Assembly: GCA_041168165.1 (NCBI GenBank)
Contig: JBEELK010000166.1
Location: forward strand, 1 to 53,496
Length of the DNA stretch: 53,496 nt
Direction of reading: 5' to 3'
DNA from: Planctomycetota bacterium
GTDB lineage: Bacteria; Planctomycetota; UBA1135; UBA2386
Of the stretch, positions 8,401 to 16,857 are shown in pieces. Below the pieces are notes generated by a model that did not search any database, was not told where the DNA came from, and worked only from the letters and a program-made list of their open reading frames with translations. Position 1 is the stretch's first letter. Each line of letters opens with the position of its first letter. Made by a program: the position numbers and the translations under genes.

Positions 8401-9239
8401 AAGGCATGGTCGAGACGCTGCAGGGCCCGCCGCTGCCGCCGTCCGTCGTTGCGCATCACTACGGCATGTCGCGCCTGTGGGAGACCGAGGGCTTTGATGC
8501 CCAGGAGACGCGGCGCGAGATCCAGGTTCTGCAAAGCCAGAAGGACCGCCTCGGCGCCGTCAACCTCGACGCAGTCGCGGAGTTGGATGCCGAGGAAGGC
8601 CAGTTCGGCACGCTGGAGCAAGAGGTGCAAGACCTCAAGGAAGCGCGTCGCGCGTTGATGGACGCTCTGCGCAAGCTCGAAGTCGAGTCGAAGACCTTGT
8701 TCGAGCAGACCTTCGCGGAGGCGCGGAAGAACTTCCAAGACATCTTCCGCAAGCTGTTCCAAGGCGGAAAGGCGGACATGTTCCTCCACGAAACGGATGA
8801 CTTGCTCGAAGCAGGCATCGAGATCGTGGCGCAACCGCCTGGTAAGCAGCTGCAGTCGATCAACCTGCTGTCCGGTGGCGAGCGTTCGCTGACCGCAGTC
8901 GCGATCTTGTTCGCGCTGTTCAAGGTTCGTCCGTCGCCGTTCTGCATCCTCGACGAAGTGGACGCCGCGCTCGATGAGACCAACGTCGAACGCTTCCTGC
9001 GCGTGCTGCGCGATTTCACGCACGACACTCAGTTCTGCATCGTGACACACCACAAGCGCACGATGGCGGATTGCCAAGCGCTCTACGGCATCACGATGCA
9101 GCGCCGCGGCGTCAGTTCGCGCATCGCGGTCAACCTCAGCGAAGTCGACAGCTTCCAGAGCGGCGGCCCGGCGGCTGCGAAGCCTGATCCAGCGAAGAAG
9201 CAGCGCATCGCAGGCGAAGAAGCGGTCGGTTTCGGCTGA
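5487..9239 (+). CDS. smc: chromosome segregation ATPase SMC
   Basis: The 1250-aa protein has an N-terminal Walker A (GPNGCGKSNVVDAIKWVLG), long coiled coils, a hinge, and a C-terminal LSGGERSLTAVAILFALF with Walker B FCILDEVDAALD. Confidence 0.96.
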   Translation: MRLKRLVARGFKSFADRTEFEFDSRLTGIIGPNGCGKSNVVDAIKWVLGDQRAKSLRGTEMTDVIFKGAEGREAMGMAEVTITFEDPEGKLEGRTEIDISRRLTLEKESTYLLNGTEVRLKDVRDVLLDTGLGTGGYSVMEQGRIDAVLSANPEARRAIFEEAAGISRFKLQKKEALRKLERTDQNLARVTDLLEERSRRIRSLRIQAGKARRFQELQSALRDLRSAIAVIEGTELRSALHDQRARLAELEVALDTAISRREEFVDRVAETDSTIAQCAEALESARAECHRVRGELNTQRERAQSQAQRRDDLRAEAERGRTRGQTLASQRMERGTSLDAARDELTAREEEAVDLGRQLEEQRAAAGEAQRSLRALSSEREAIRSELLELLHARTRARNAAADQEARLGSARGRSSKLEERLAVVSRESAELQTQRDSLESDRASFLTRERFLREREERVLSDLRDADGEAAELASVESELRREFSEVDGRRQALVAMEAQFEGLDQGPKHVLSTKPEGLRGRLVDLLEIDLQHSTALEAALGSYVQALVVDTRANAGRIIQELQENRLGRVLLLVEEEFAAEPISGSFLPLPESARSLFDLVRPAGSGDASRRMLAWLLRGVVLVESLEHADATRADLCFVTSSGQLLCGPRVEGGHTAEGQAGLVVRRSQIQELQLAVDAVSQKLASLQGGKERAVSRVDRLKAESRLVGAALQDARRHLQGAEAQLSRVIARAVDVAKESGELEREADELAFTMARAKAILGKALCNQHLLSLREQRRAEVEAGMSDRIASAESVANDASRAEQDLRLQQAKILEGREGLLRTIRMHEEALREIDSALEELADSVQKNEDGASRAETEAMRFEETANALDDQLVELEERRTEADSQHDSARQQHRQAQQDLSQCDHLVRNAGETMNKKKLEVVDLEHRFLRIEDRLREETGIELMRCLGDVAGLGIEFVDEAIGPIAKEGMVETLQGPPLPPSVVAHHYGMSRLWETEGFDAQETRREIQVLQSQKDRLGAVNLDAVAELDAEEGQFGTLEQEVQDLKEARRALMDALRKLEVESKTLFEQTFAEARKNFQDIFRKLFQGGKADMFLHETDDLLEAGIEIVAQPPGKQLQSINLLSGGERSLTAVAILFALFKVRPSPFCILDEVDAALDETNVERFLRVLRDFTHDTQFCIVTHHKRTMADCQALYGITMQRRGVSSRIAVNLSEVDSFQSGGPAAAKPDPAKKQRIAGEEAVGFG

Positions 9240-9288
9240 GCCGAGAGCCGCATTTGCTTTCGGCCTTCCTGCCTGTCTGCTCTTCGCG

Positions 9289-10038
9289 ATGAGTTCGCGT
9301 AACGGCGTGTGCGTGGTGGTTGGCGCAAGCTCGGGCATCGGGCTTGCGATCGCGCGACGGCTCTGTCTCGAGGGCCGCAAGGTCGCAATGCTCGCGCGGC
9401 GTCCGCGCGAGCTGGAAGCGATGGCGGCCGCCATCGACGACGCGCTCGGTCGCAAAGCAGCGCATGCATATGTGCACGACGCGTCGGACCTCGATGCAGC
9501 AGAGTCGCTGTTTCTGCGCATCGAGCAAGAACTCGGAGAGGTCGATGAACTGCACTACGTCGCCGGCGTGATGCCCGAAGTTGCCATCGATGAGTTCGAT
9601 CTCGGCAAGGACCGCGCGCAGATGCAAGTCAACGCGCTCGGCTGCATCGCGTGGGCCAACGCCGCGGCGCGCAGGTTCTTGCTGCGCAAGAAAGGCCTGA
9701 TCCTCGGCGTGAGTTCCGTTGCCCAGGATCGCGGACGTTGCGGTCGCCCGGGCTACAACGCGAGCAAGGCTGCGATGGACACGTTCCTCGAAGGCCTGCG
9801 CAATCGGCTGTGGCGGCACGGCGTGCAGGTGACCACGATCCGGCCCGGTTTCGTCGAGACTCCGATGACGCAAGGCCTAGCGCTCAAGGGCGCGATCTCC
9901 GCTGACCGCGCCGCGCAACTCGCGCTGCAAGCGCGCGACCGGGGGCGTTCGATCGTCTATGTGCCCGGCAAGTGGCGTCTCATCATGTTCGTGATCCGCA
10001 ACATCCCTTCGGTGTTGTTCCGTCGCCTGTCGATCTGA
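9289..10038 (+). CDS. short-chain dehydrogenase/reductase, DprE2-like size and context
   Basis: VVVGASSGIGLAIARRL (TGxxxGIG-type) and YNASKAA (YxxxK). It is 249 aa and lies 16 nt upstream of a DprE1-like FAD oxidase. Confidence 0.85.
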   Translation: MSSRNGVCVVVGASSGIGLAIARRLCLEGRKVAMLARRPRELEAMAAAIDDALGRKAAHAYVHDASDLDAAESLFLRIEQELGEVDELHYVAGVMPEVAIDEFDLGKDRAQMQVNALGCIAWANAAARRFLLRKKGLILGVSSVAQDRGRCGRPGYNASKAAMDTFLEGLRNRLWRHGVQVTTIRPGFVETPMTQGLALKGAISADRAAQLALQARDRGRSIVYVPGKWRLIMFVIRNIPSVLFRRLSI

Positions 10039-10054
10039 GGCTCTGACGATTCGC

Positions 10055-11470
10055 ATGACGATCCCTTGGAACGACGAATTCGTGCGCGGCTGGGGCATGG
10101 CCGTTGGCGGTCCCGCGCGGGTGCTGCGGCCGGTGACCAAGGAGCAAGTCGCCGATGCGTTCGCGGATGTGCGCGCGCGCAATGGCTCGATCGCGTTGCG
10201 CGGATCGGGTTGCAGCTACGGTGACGCGGCATTCTGCAGCGGCGGTCACGTGCTCGACCTTTCGCGGATGAACCGCATCCTGGACTTCGATCCGCTCACC
10301 GGCGTGGCGAAGTGCGAGCCAGGCGTGACGATCCGCGACCTGTGGCGGATGTCGATCCAGTACGGGTTCTGGCCCAAGGTCGTGTCCGGCACGATGGCGG
10401 TGTCCGTCGGCGGCGCCGCGTCGATGAACATCCACGGCAAGAACAACTACGCCGTCGGTTCGTTTGGCGAGGGCATTCGAAGGTTCTCGCTGCTGGTCGC
10501 GGACGGCACGGTGCTCGAATGCTCGCGCACGCAGAACGCAGACGTGTTCCACGCGGCCATCTCCGGCTTCGGCATGCTCGGCTGCTTCCTCGATCTCGAC
10601 ATCGAGTTGAAGCGCGTGCACTCCGGTCGCCTCCGCGTCGGCGCCATCGTCTGCAAGGACCTTGCTGACAACCTAGAGACCATCGAGCGTCTCCAAGGCG
10701 AAGCGGACTATCTCGTCAGTTGGATCGACCTGCATGCGAAAGGCGCAGCGCTCGGCCGCGGCGTGCTCCATCGCGCAGATCAACTGAAGCCCGGCGAGGA
10801 TCCGGAAGGCGTGCGGTTCTTCGACCCATGCTTGCAGGACGTGCCGACGACCATGTTTGGCCTCGTGCCGAAGGGTTGGCTGTGGCCCGGCATGTGGGCC
10901 GCAGTGCACTCCGGTCAAGTTGGTCTCGTCAATGCGTTGAAGTTCTCGGTCGGTCCGCGCGAGCAGCGCGGTTCGCCCTACCTGCAGAGCCACGGCGCAT
11001 TCCACTTCTTGCTCGACTATGTGCCGCGCTGGCAGTGGATGACGAAGCCGGGCGGACTGATCCAGTTCCAGCCATTCGTGCCAAAGGCTTCTGCGGAGCG
11101 CGTGCTGCGGCAGTTGACGGAGACGTGCCATCGCGAGGGCATGGTCCCGTATCTCGGCGTGCTGAAACGCCACCGGCCCGATCCGTTCTTGATGACGCAT
11201 GCGGTCGATGGGTTCTCGATGGCGATGGACTTCGCCGTGCCGACGAGCCAGCGAAAGCGCGCAGCGTTGTGGTCGATGTGCCAGCGGCTTGCCGACGTCG
11301 TGTTGGATGCCGGCGGTCGCTTCTACTACGCGAAGGATGCCTTGCTTCCGCAGCCTGCATTTGAGCGCGTGCATGGCAGCGAGGCGGTGCGCACGTTCCG
11401 TTCGCTGAAGGAGCGGTGCGATCCGCGCGGGATGCTGCAGACCGACTTGTCGCGACGACTGATGGGTTAG
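10055..11470 (+). CDS. FAD-binding (PCMH-type) oxidoreductase, DprE1/ALO-like
   Basis: GWGMAVGGPARVLRP...IALRGSGCSYGDAAF resembles the DprE1 N-terminus (GWGR...RGLGRSYGD). It is 471 aa with a C-terminal RFYYAKD motif typical of this oxidase family. Confidence 0.78.
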   Translation: MTIPWNDEFVRGWGMAVGGPARVLRPVTKEQVADAFADVRARNGSIALRGSGCSYGDAAFCSGGHVLDLSRMNRILDFDPLTGVAKCEPGVTIRDLWRMSIQYGFWPKVVSGTMAVSVGGAASMNIHGKNNYAVGSFGEGIRRFSLLVADGTVLECSRTQNADVFHAAISGFGMLGCFLDLDIELKRVHSGRLRVGAIVCKDLADNLETIERLQGEADYLVSWIDLHAKGAALGRGVLHRADQLKPGEDPEGVRFFDPCLQDVPTTMFGLVPKGWLWPGMWAAVHSGQVGLVNALKFSVGPREQRGSPYLQSHGAFHFLLDYVPRWQWMTKPGGLIQFQPFVPKASAERVLRQLTETCHREGMVPYLGVLKRHRPDPFLMTHAVDGFSMAMDFAVPTSQRKRAALWSMCQRLADVVLDAGGRFYYAKDALLPQPAFERVHGSEAVRTFRSLKERCDPRGMLQTDLSRRLMG

Positions 11471-11497
11471 CGGGTCCCTGTCCAGGGCATCAGGTGC

Positions 11498-12970
11498 TCA
11501 GGGCATCAGGATCGTGCGCAACGCGTCGGGCACGAACCGCTGGGCTTCGGCGGACAACGCGGGAAGTGCGGTTCGTCGCAGTGCGCGCAGTGCTGCGAGG
11601 TTCGATTCGACGCCCATCTCGGCTTGCAGCGCTTCGGCGCACTTCCTGCGCGCGCCCTGCGCATCGGCAGCGAGGAGCGTTGTCAGCATCGATGTGCAAT
11701 CCTGTGCGTTGGCCGTCGTGCACGGCAGCGGGCATGCAGCCAGCATGGTGGATGCATGCGCTTCGGACCGGAATGCCGATGCGAGTGCCGCGCGCGCAGC
11801 ATGGGATGTCTTGCCTGCAAAGACCTCGGCGAGCGCATGCGAGGACACGTGCTGCCCCGTGCGCGCGAGCGCGGCCATCGCTTCTGCGCGCGTCGCCAAG
11901 TCGCGTCGCGCATCGAGCGCAGTCTCCTGGCATGCCGCGAGGAAGTCGCTGCCAACGGGGCTCGTCGTCGCTGCGAGGACCATTCGCTGGGCGGGCGCTG
12001 ACAAGTAGGGGAACTGCCGTTCGAGGTTGCGACGCGCAGGCTCGCCGCCGAGGTGCAACATCGTGGCGACGCCTTGCTCGGCTTCGCCTGGATGCGCGCT
12101 GCGAATGGCCCTTTGCGCCATGTCGAGCGCTGGCGCGTGGCGCAGTTGCGAGAGGCATCGCAACGCCGCCGCTCGAACGGATGGATCCGCGTCGGAGCTG
12201 GCGAGGCGCGCAATCGCGGACACGCGTTCACGCCCTGCTTGCTCGTGAAGTTGGAATGCGTGAAGCCCTGCAATACGAATCTCTGGCGCGGAGGCCGTGA
12301 GCGCGGGCTCGAACAGTCGCAGGTCGAGCGCGCGAGTGGGCGTTGCCAACGCAGTCAGCACGGCAGCCTTGGCCGCCGGGTCTCGCAGGGCAGCGTCCTT
12401 CGCGAGTCGCTCCAATGCTGCCGATGCATCGTCGCCGCCGCGATCCAGCAGGCCTGATGCCATCGCGAGTAGGATGTCTCGTTGGCGTTTGTAGCTGGCC
12501 TCGCTGAATGCAGCGAGTCGTTGGCTCAGCGCTTCGCTGCCGTGATCAGCTGGCAATCGACCGAGCGCAAACGCGGCTGCGATCATCGTCGCATCGGTCT
12601 TTGCGCCGGGCTTCCCCATGGCGATGGTCAGGGTGGACTCGGACCCCGGAGCGCCAAGGTAGCCCAGCGCGAGCAACCCAAGCGTCCTCGCCGTGGGCTC
12701 GCCCGAGTTCGCGACCGCCAGGATCTTGGGCAAGTGTCGCGGGTCCTTGGACGATCCGATCGCCAATGCGGCCTCGCCGCGAAGGCGTGGATCGGGATGG
12801 TCAAGGAAGCGTTCCGCGTCGCGCAGCAACAGTGCCTGCGACGCGCGCGGGTCTTCCTGGGCCGAGACCAAGCACGCTGTGACGGCGATGGCTGCGCAGG
12901 CCGCCATGGTGCGAGCGAGATCGCCCAGTGCGCGAGCGGAGGCAGCGGCGTGCGTGGCAATGCGGCGCAT
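11498..12970 (-). CDS. secreted/anchored HEAT-repeat protein
   Basis: Repeated HEAT-like units (DPRLRGEAALAIGSSKDPRHLPKIL; DPSVRAAALRCLSQL) follow a hydrophobic N-terminal segment (MAACAAIAVTACLVSAQ). ATG 12970 is preferred over the longer ORF start 13048. Function unknown. Confidence 0.65.
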   Translation of the reverse strand: MRRIATHAAASARALGDLARTMAACAAIAVTACLVSAQEDPRASQALLLRDAERFLDHPDPRLRGEAALAIGSSKDPRHLPKILAVANSGEPTARTLGLLALGYLGAPGSESTLTIAMGKPGAKTDATMIAAAFALGRLPADHGSEALSQRLAAFSEASYKRQRDILLAMASGLLDRGGDDASAALERLAKDAALRDPAAKAAVLTALATPTRALDLRLFEPALTASAPEIRIAGLHAFQLHEQAGRERVSAIARLASSDADPSVRAAALRCLSQLRHAPALDMAQRAIRSAHPGEAEQGVATMLHLGGEPARRNLERQFPYLSAPAQRMVLAATTSPVGSDFLAACQETALDARRDLATRAEAMAALARTGQHVSSHALAEVFAGKTSHAARAALASAFRSEAHASTMLAACPLPCTTANAQDCTSMLTTLLAADAQGARRKCAEALQAEMGVESNLAALRALRRTALPALSAEAQRFVPDALRTILMP

Positions 12971-13103
12971 GGGGTTGGGTGGGAAGATCACGGTAGACCG
13001 CGGCTTGCGCCGTTCGCATGGGGCGAAGGGCTCCGCGATCGGGCTCACGAGACGTGCTGTGGTCGGTTAGCCTCCCCGCCCCGGCAAAGTCCGTTCCCAA
13101 TCC

Positions 13104-14366
13104 ATGCGCATCGGCTATCTCGACTGCTGTTCTGGCGTCTCCGGGGACATGTGGGTGGGTTCCCTGCTCGACGCGGGCCTTCCGCTTTTGGACCTGCGCG
13201 AGGTCGTGGCGTCGCTGCAGTTGCCGGGCGTCACCGTGCGCAGCGAGCGCGTCTTGCGCGCCAGCATCGCGGGCACGCGCTTCGTCGTCGAACTTCACGG
13301 CAGGGAGCCTGGGCGGTCGCTGGAGGATCCGACGCCTGCGAAGAAGGGGCTCGTGCTTCGGCCTGCGTCTCCCGCGCCGTTGTCGACCGCTGCCGCGGCG
13401 CATGCGCATGGGCATCGAGGGCTTGCCGAGATCGAAGCGATCGTGCGGCGTGCGAAGCTGTCGCCAGAGGTCGAGCGCAAGTGCCTCGACGTGTTCGCGC
13501 GCATCGCGGAGGTCGAAGCGAAAGCGCACATGACGACCGTGGAGCAAGTGCACTTCCACGAGGTCGGCGCCGAGGACACGATCGTCGATGTCGTCTGCGC
13601 GGTCGCGGGCACTTCGATGCTCGGCATCGAGCGGCTCTACTCTTCAGCGGTCGCGGTGGGGTCCGGCACGGTGCGCGCTGCGCACGGGGTGCTGCCGGTG
13701 CCAGCGCCCGCGACGCTCGAACTCTTGATGGGTGTCCCGGTGCGACACGGCGGACTTGCTGGTGAGCGCACCACGCCGACGGGTGCTGCGTTGCTGCGCG
13801 CGTTGGTGGCGGAGTTCGAGCCGCGGTTGTCGTGGATCCCACAGCAGGCGGGCTACGGCGCCGGCACGCGCGACGATGCCGCGGTGCCGAATCTCTTGCG
13901 ATTGACGATCGGCGAGGACCGTTCTCCTGGATCCGAACGCGAGGTCGAAGAACTCGCGTGCCAACTCGACACCGCGACCGGCGAGCAGATCGGTTGGCTG
14001 CTCGACGAAGCGATGCGCCTAGGCGCGCTCGATGCGTTTGCCGCACCGGTGCAGATGAAGAAGGGCCGGCCCGGCGTGTTGTTCACGTTGATCAGTTCGC
14101 TCGCCGATGCCGAGCGACTGTCCGCGTGGATGCTCGAAGAGTCGGGCACGCTCGGCGTTCGTCGATTGCGCGTCACGCGCTCGCTCGTCGAGCGGTGGCA
14201 AGAGCAGCGGCAAACGCCGTTGGGGACCGTCGCATTCAAGTGTGCGAGGTTGCCGTCTGGCGCCGTGGTCGCACGTCCCGAGGACGACGAGTTGCGGCGA
14301 CTGTGCCGCGAGCATGGGATCACGCGCGCCGAGGTTCTGCGCAAGCTCAGCTGCAATCCGATCTGA
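13104..14366 (+). CDS. larC: nickel-pincer cofactor biosynthesis protein LarC (DUF111 family)
   Basis: The N-terminus MRIGYLDCCSGVSGDMWVGSLLDAG matches the LarC/DUF111 hallmark (YLDCFSGISGDM). It also has HFHEVGAEDTIVDVV, and its 420-aa length fits. Confidence 0.85.
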   Translation: MRIGYLDCCSGVSGDMWVGSLLDAGLPLLDLREVVASLQLPGVTVRSERVLRASIAGTRFVVELHGREPGRSLEDPTPAKKGLVLRPASPAPLSTAAAAHAHGHRGLAEIEAIVRRAKLSPEVERKCLDVFARIAEVEAKAHMTTVEQVHFHEVGAEDTIVDVVCAVAGTSMLGIERLYSSAVAVGSGTVRAAHGVLPVPAPATLELLMGVPVRHGGLAGERTTPTGAALLRALVAEFEPRLSWIPQQAGYGAGTRDDAAVPNLLRLTIGEDRSPGSEREVEELACQLDTATGEQIGWLLDEAMRLGALDAFAAPVQMKKGRPGVLFTLISSLADAERLSAWMLEESGTLGVRRLRVTRSLVERWQEQRQTPLGTVAFKCARLPSGAVVARPEDDELRRLCREHGITRAEVLRKLSCNPI

Positions 14367-14371
14367 AGTCC

Positions 14372-14593
14372 TCAGTTGCCCTGCGTCGGCTTGCGCGCGC
14401 CGAACAGCACGAGGGCCAACAGGCCGCCGACCATGAGGCCTGCGCCGACCGAGATGAAGGCTTCGGGTTCCGCGTTGCGCGATGCAGCGGCCGCAGCTTC
14501 GGCGCCATTCGCGATCTTGGCTGCTCCGTAGGTGAGCAACGTGACGCCCGCCGTGATCGCGAGAGCCCCAACCAATCGTGCGAGTGCGTGCAT
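14372..14593 (-). CDS. hypothetical small membrane protein (73 aa, two predicted TM helices)
   Basis: Two hydrophobic stretches (LVGALAITAGVTLLTYGAA; FISVGAGLMVGGLLALVLFGA). The ATG lies 5 nt after the efp stop on the same strand. No recognisable family. Confidence 0.45.
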   Translation of the reverse strand: MHALARLVGALAITAGVTLLTYGAAKIANGAEAAAAASRNAEPEAFISVGAGLMVGGLLALVLFGARKPTQGN

Positions 14594-14598
14594 GGGGA

Positions 14599-15159
14599 TC
14601 AGGCGCGGCCCAAGAACTCGCCGGTCTCGGTGCTGACCTTGACGATCTCGCCGAGCTTGATGTGCGCGGGAACCTTGATCTCGAGGCCCGTGCTCAGTTT
14701 CGCGGGCTTCTGCACGCTGCTCACGGTGTCGCCGCGCGCGGCGTTCTCTGTCTCGATGATCTCCAGCGCCACCGTCGGAGGCAGTTGCACCGTGAGCGCT
14801 TCGCCCTCGGCGAACACGACCGTCACGTTGCTGTTGTCGGTGATGAACTGCATCGCTTCGCCGATGACCTCGGCGCTGAGCACGAACTGCTCAAACGACT
14901 CGTTGTCCATGAACGTGTAGCCGAGCGAGTCCTTGAACAGATACTGCGCGTCGCGCGAGTCGAGATAGACCGGTTCGATCTGGTCGCTCGTGTTCATGCG
15001 CACGTCTTTCTGGCGACCCGTCTTCAGGCTCTTCAGATTGAGGTGGTGGATCGCGCGCCAGTTGCCGGGCGTGACGTGGTCGTACTTCGTGATCTGGTAG
15101 AGGTCGCCCTCGTAGCGGATGACCATGCCCTTCTTGGCTTCGGTGACGCGGATCGCCAT
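14599..15159 (-). CDS. efp: elongation factor P (EF-P/EfpL-like), 186 aa
   Basis: MAIRVTEAKKGMVIRYEGDLYQI...TPGNWRA...FMDNESFEQF...ALEIIETENAARGDTVSSVQKPAKLSTGLEIKVPAHIKLGEIVKVSTETGEFLGRA aligns along the full length with EF-P. The start ATG at 15157-15159 was verified. The 372-aa ORF in the track is an upstream extension. Confidence 0.9.
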   Translation of the reverse strand: MAIRVTEAKKGMVIRYEGDLYQITKYDHVTPGNWRAIHHLNLKSLKTGRQKDVRMNTSDQIEPVYLDSRDAQYLFKDSLGYTFMDNESFEQFVLSAEVIGEAMQFITDNSNVTVVFAEGEALTVQLPPTVALEIIETENAARGDTVSSVQKPAKLSTGLEIKVPAHIKLGEIVKVSTETGEFLGRA

Positions 15160-15266
15160 GGCTTCTAGACTGGGAATCGTAGGGTTGTGCGCGGCTTCTG
15201 GCCGTGCGAGGGCGAGCAGGATACCTGCCAGTGCGCAGGCGCAGAAGGGGCTGGGGCGGCTCTTGC

Positions 15267-16694
15267 TCAGAACTGCCGGCGGCGCGTCGACGAATCGATG
15301 CCAAGCGCCTTGCGATACTTCGTGACCGTGCGGCGCGCGATGTGGACGCCCTTCTTGCCGAGCTCTTCGACGAGCTGGTCGTCGCTGAGCGGCGCGTTCT
15401 TGTCCTCGCCTTCGACGATCTGCTTGAGCGTGTCCTTCACGGCTTGCTGGCTGACCATCTCGCCGTCGTCGCTCTGCGTGCCGCCGCTGAAGAAGCGCTT
15501 CATGTCGAAGATGCCCTGCGGCGTCTCGATGAACTTGCCCGAGATCGCGCGGCTCACGGTCGAGATGTGCACGCCGACGGCGTCGGCGATGTCCTGCATC
15601 TTCATCGGTCGCAAGTGCTGGACGCCGTTGCGCAGGAAGCCGTCTTGCCGCCGAACGACTTCGCCCGCGATGCGTTCGATCGTGCTTTGGCGCTGGTGCA
15701 CGGCCTCGATGAACCACTTCGCGGCCTCGATCTTGCGGCGCAGATACTCGTAGATATTGGGATCGCTCTTCGCGTCCTTGAGCATCTCGCGGTAACGCGG
15801 CGAGAGGGACAGCTCTGGCACCGAGCCTCGCAGCGATCGAACCTCGTACTTGCCGTCCGTTTCGATCACGACGACGTCGGGCACGACGCCAGAAGACTCA
15901 TCTTGGTCGAATGCGCTCGCCGGGCTCGGGTCGCAAGCGTGGCGGAGGTACTCGATGCTCTCCTTGATCTCGTCGAACGACGCTCCGGTCTCCTTGGCGA
16001 TCTTCGGCAGCTTGTTGCGCGCGACATCGTCGAGGTGGTTGGCAACGAGCAAACGCGTCAGCGGTCGCACGTAGCCGAGGCGGTCGAGTTGCATCAGCAG
16101 GCGGTCGCGGAGGTCGCGCGCGGCCATGCCGCACGGCTCCATGTCGCGCACGACTTCGATCGCTTCTTCGGCGAGCGGGATCGGCACGAGCAGTTGCTGC
16201 GCGATGTGCTCGGCCGTGTCCGCGAGCTTCGCGTCGGAGTCGAGCGAGTAGATCACGTGCTCAACGACATGCAGCAGCTCGGGGTCGAGGTCGAGCATGC
16301 GCGCCTGTGACATCAGGTGCTCGGGCAGCGAGATGCCGTGGACGGGCGTGTTGTTGAGCGCCGCCTGCTTCTTGTCCTCGTCGTCGCCAGCGCCGCCGCC
16401 AGAGCCGTGCGAGAGCCCGCGCGTTCCGGGGCCCATGCGCTGCTCGAGTTGGTCGAGTTGCTCGCTGAACTCCCGCTGGAGCTTGTCCTCAAGCGCGGGC
16501 TTCTGCTCCGGCTCGTGCGCCGACTCCTGGGGGTCTTCCTTCAGTTCGAGGAAGACGTTTTCCTGCAGCTCCTGCTCGATCTGGTCCTTCAGCTCCAGTA
16601 GCGGCGTCTGGAGGATCTGCATCGCCTGGATCATCTGCGGCGACTGCATGAGTCGCTGCTCTGCCCGGAGGCTTTGGGTCAGTCCTAGGCGCAT
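15267..16694 (-). CDS. rpoN: RNA polymerase sigma-54 factor
   Basis: Region I MRLGLTQSLRAEQRLMQSPQMIQAMQILQ, an acidic region II, a C-terminal HTH (RPMKMQDIADAVGVHISTVSRA) and the RpoN box ARRTVTKYR. ATG 16694 is preferred; an in-frame GTG at 16703 is also possible. Confidence 0.93.
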   Translation of the reverse strand: MRLGLTQSLRAEQRLMQSPQMIQAMQILQTPLLELKDQIEQELQENVFLELKEDPQESAHEPEQKPALEDKLQREFSEQLDQLEQRMGPGTRGLSHGSGGGAGDDEDKKQAALNNTPVHGISLPEHLMSQARMLDLDPELLHVVEHVIYSLDSDAKLADTAEHIAQQLLVPIPLAEEAIEVVRDMEPCGMAARDLRDRLLMQLDRLGYVRPLTRLLVANHLDDVARNKLPKIAKETGASFDEIKESIEYLRHACDPSPASAFDQDESSGVVPDVVVIETDGKYEVRSLRGSVPELSLSPRYREMLKDAKSDPNIYEYLRRKIEAAKWFIEAVHQRQSTIERIAGEVVRRQDGFLRNGVQHLRPMKMQDIADAVGVHISTVSRAISGKFIETPQGIFDMKRFFSGGTQSDDGEMVSQQAVKDTLKQIVEGEDKNAPLSDDQLVEELGKKGVHIARRTVTKYRKALGIDSSTRRRQF

Positions 16695-16857
16695 GGATGC
16701 CACGGGTTTGGATAGCTCAGCAGAGTCCGTCAGTCACTACTTCGCGCCTCCGAGAGAGGAGAAAGGCACGAGAGTTGCCGCATCAGTATAGGTCGACCGC
16801 AATGCGGAGGGAGCACGCAGAGAGAAGTTCTCCCACTGCGTTTGTGCGCATTGCGCG

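Noticed and set aside
7098-9521. An 807-aa minus-strand ORF, among the longest in the track.
   Set aside because: It lies entirely antisense to smc and the SDR gene. It is Arg/Ala/Leu-rich with no motif, while smc on the plus strand is unmistakable. This is a typical GC-driven shadow ORF.
11483-11510. A 12-bp direct repeat CAGGGCATCAGG, two copies separated by 4 nt, between convergent genes.
   Set aside because: The second copy is simply the last codons and stop of the HEAT-repeat gene. This is a very short local duplication with no further structure, so I do not consider it functional.
15160-15717. The upstream extension of the efp ORF (372 aa in the track).
   Set aside because: EF-P homology starts exactly at MAIRVTEAKKG (ATG 15159). 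The extension is Arg-rich and overlaps the rpoN 3' end out of frame.
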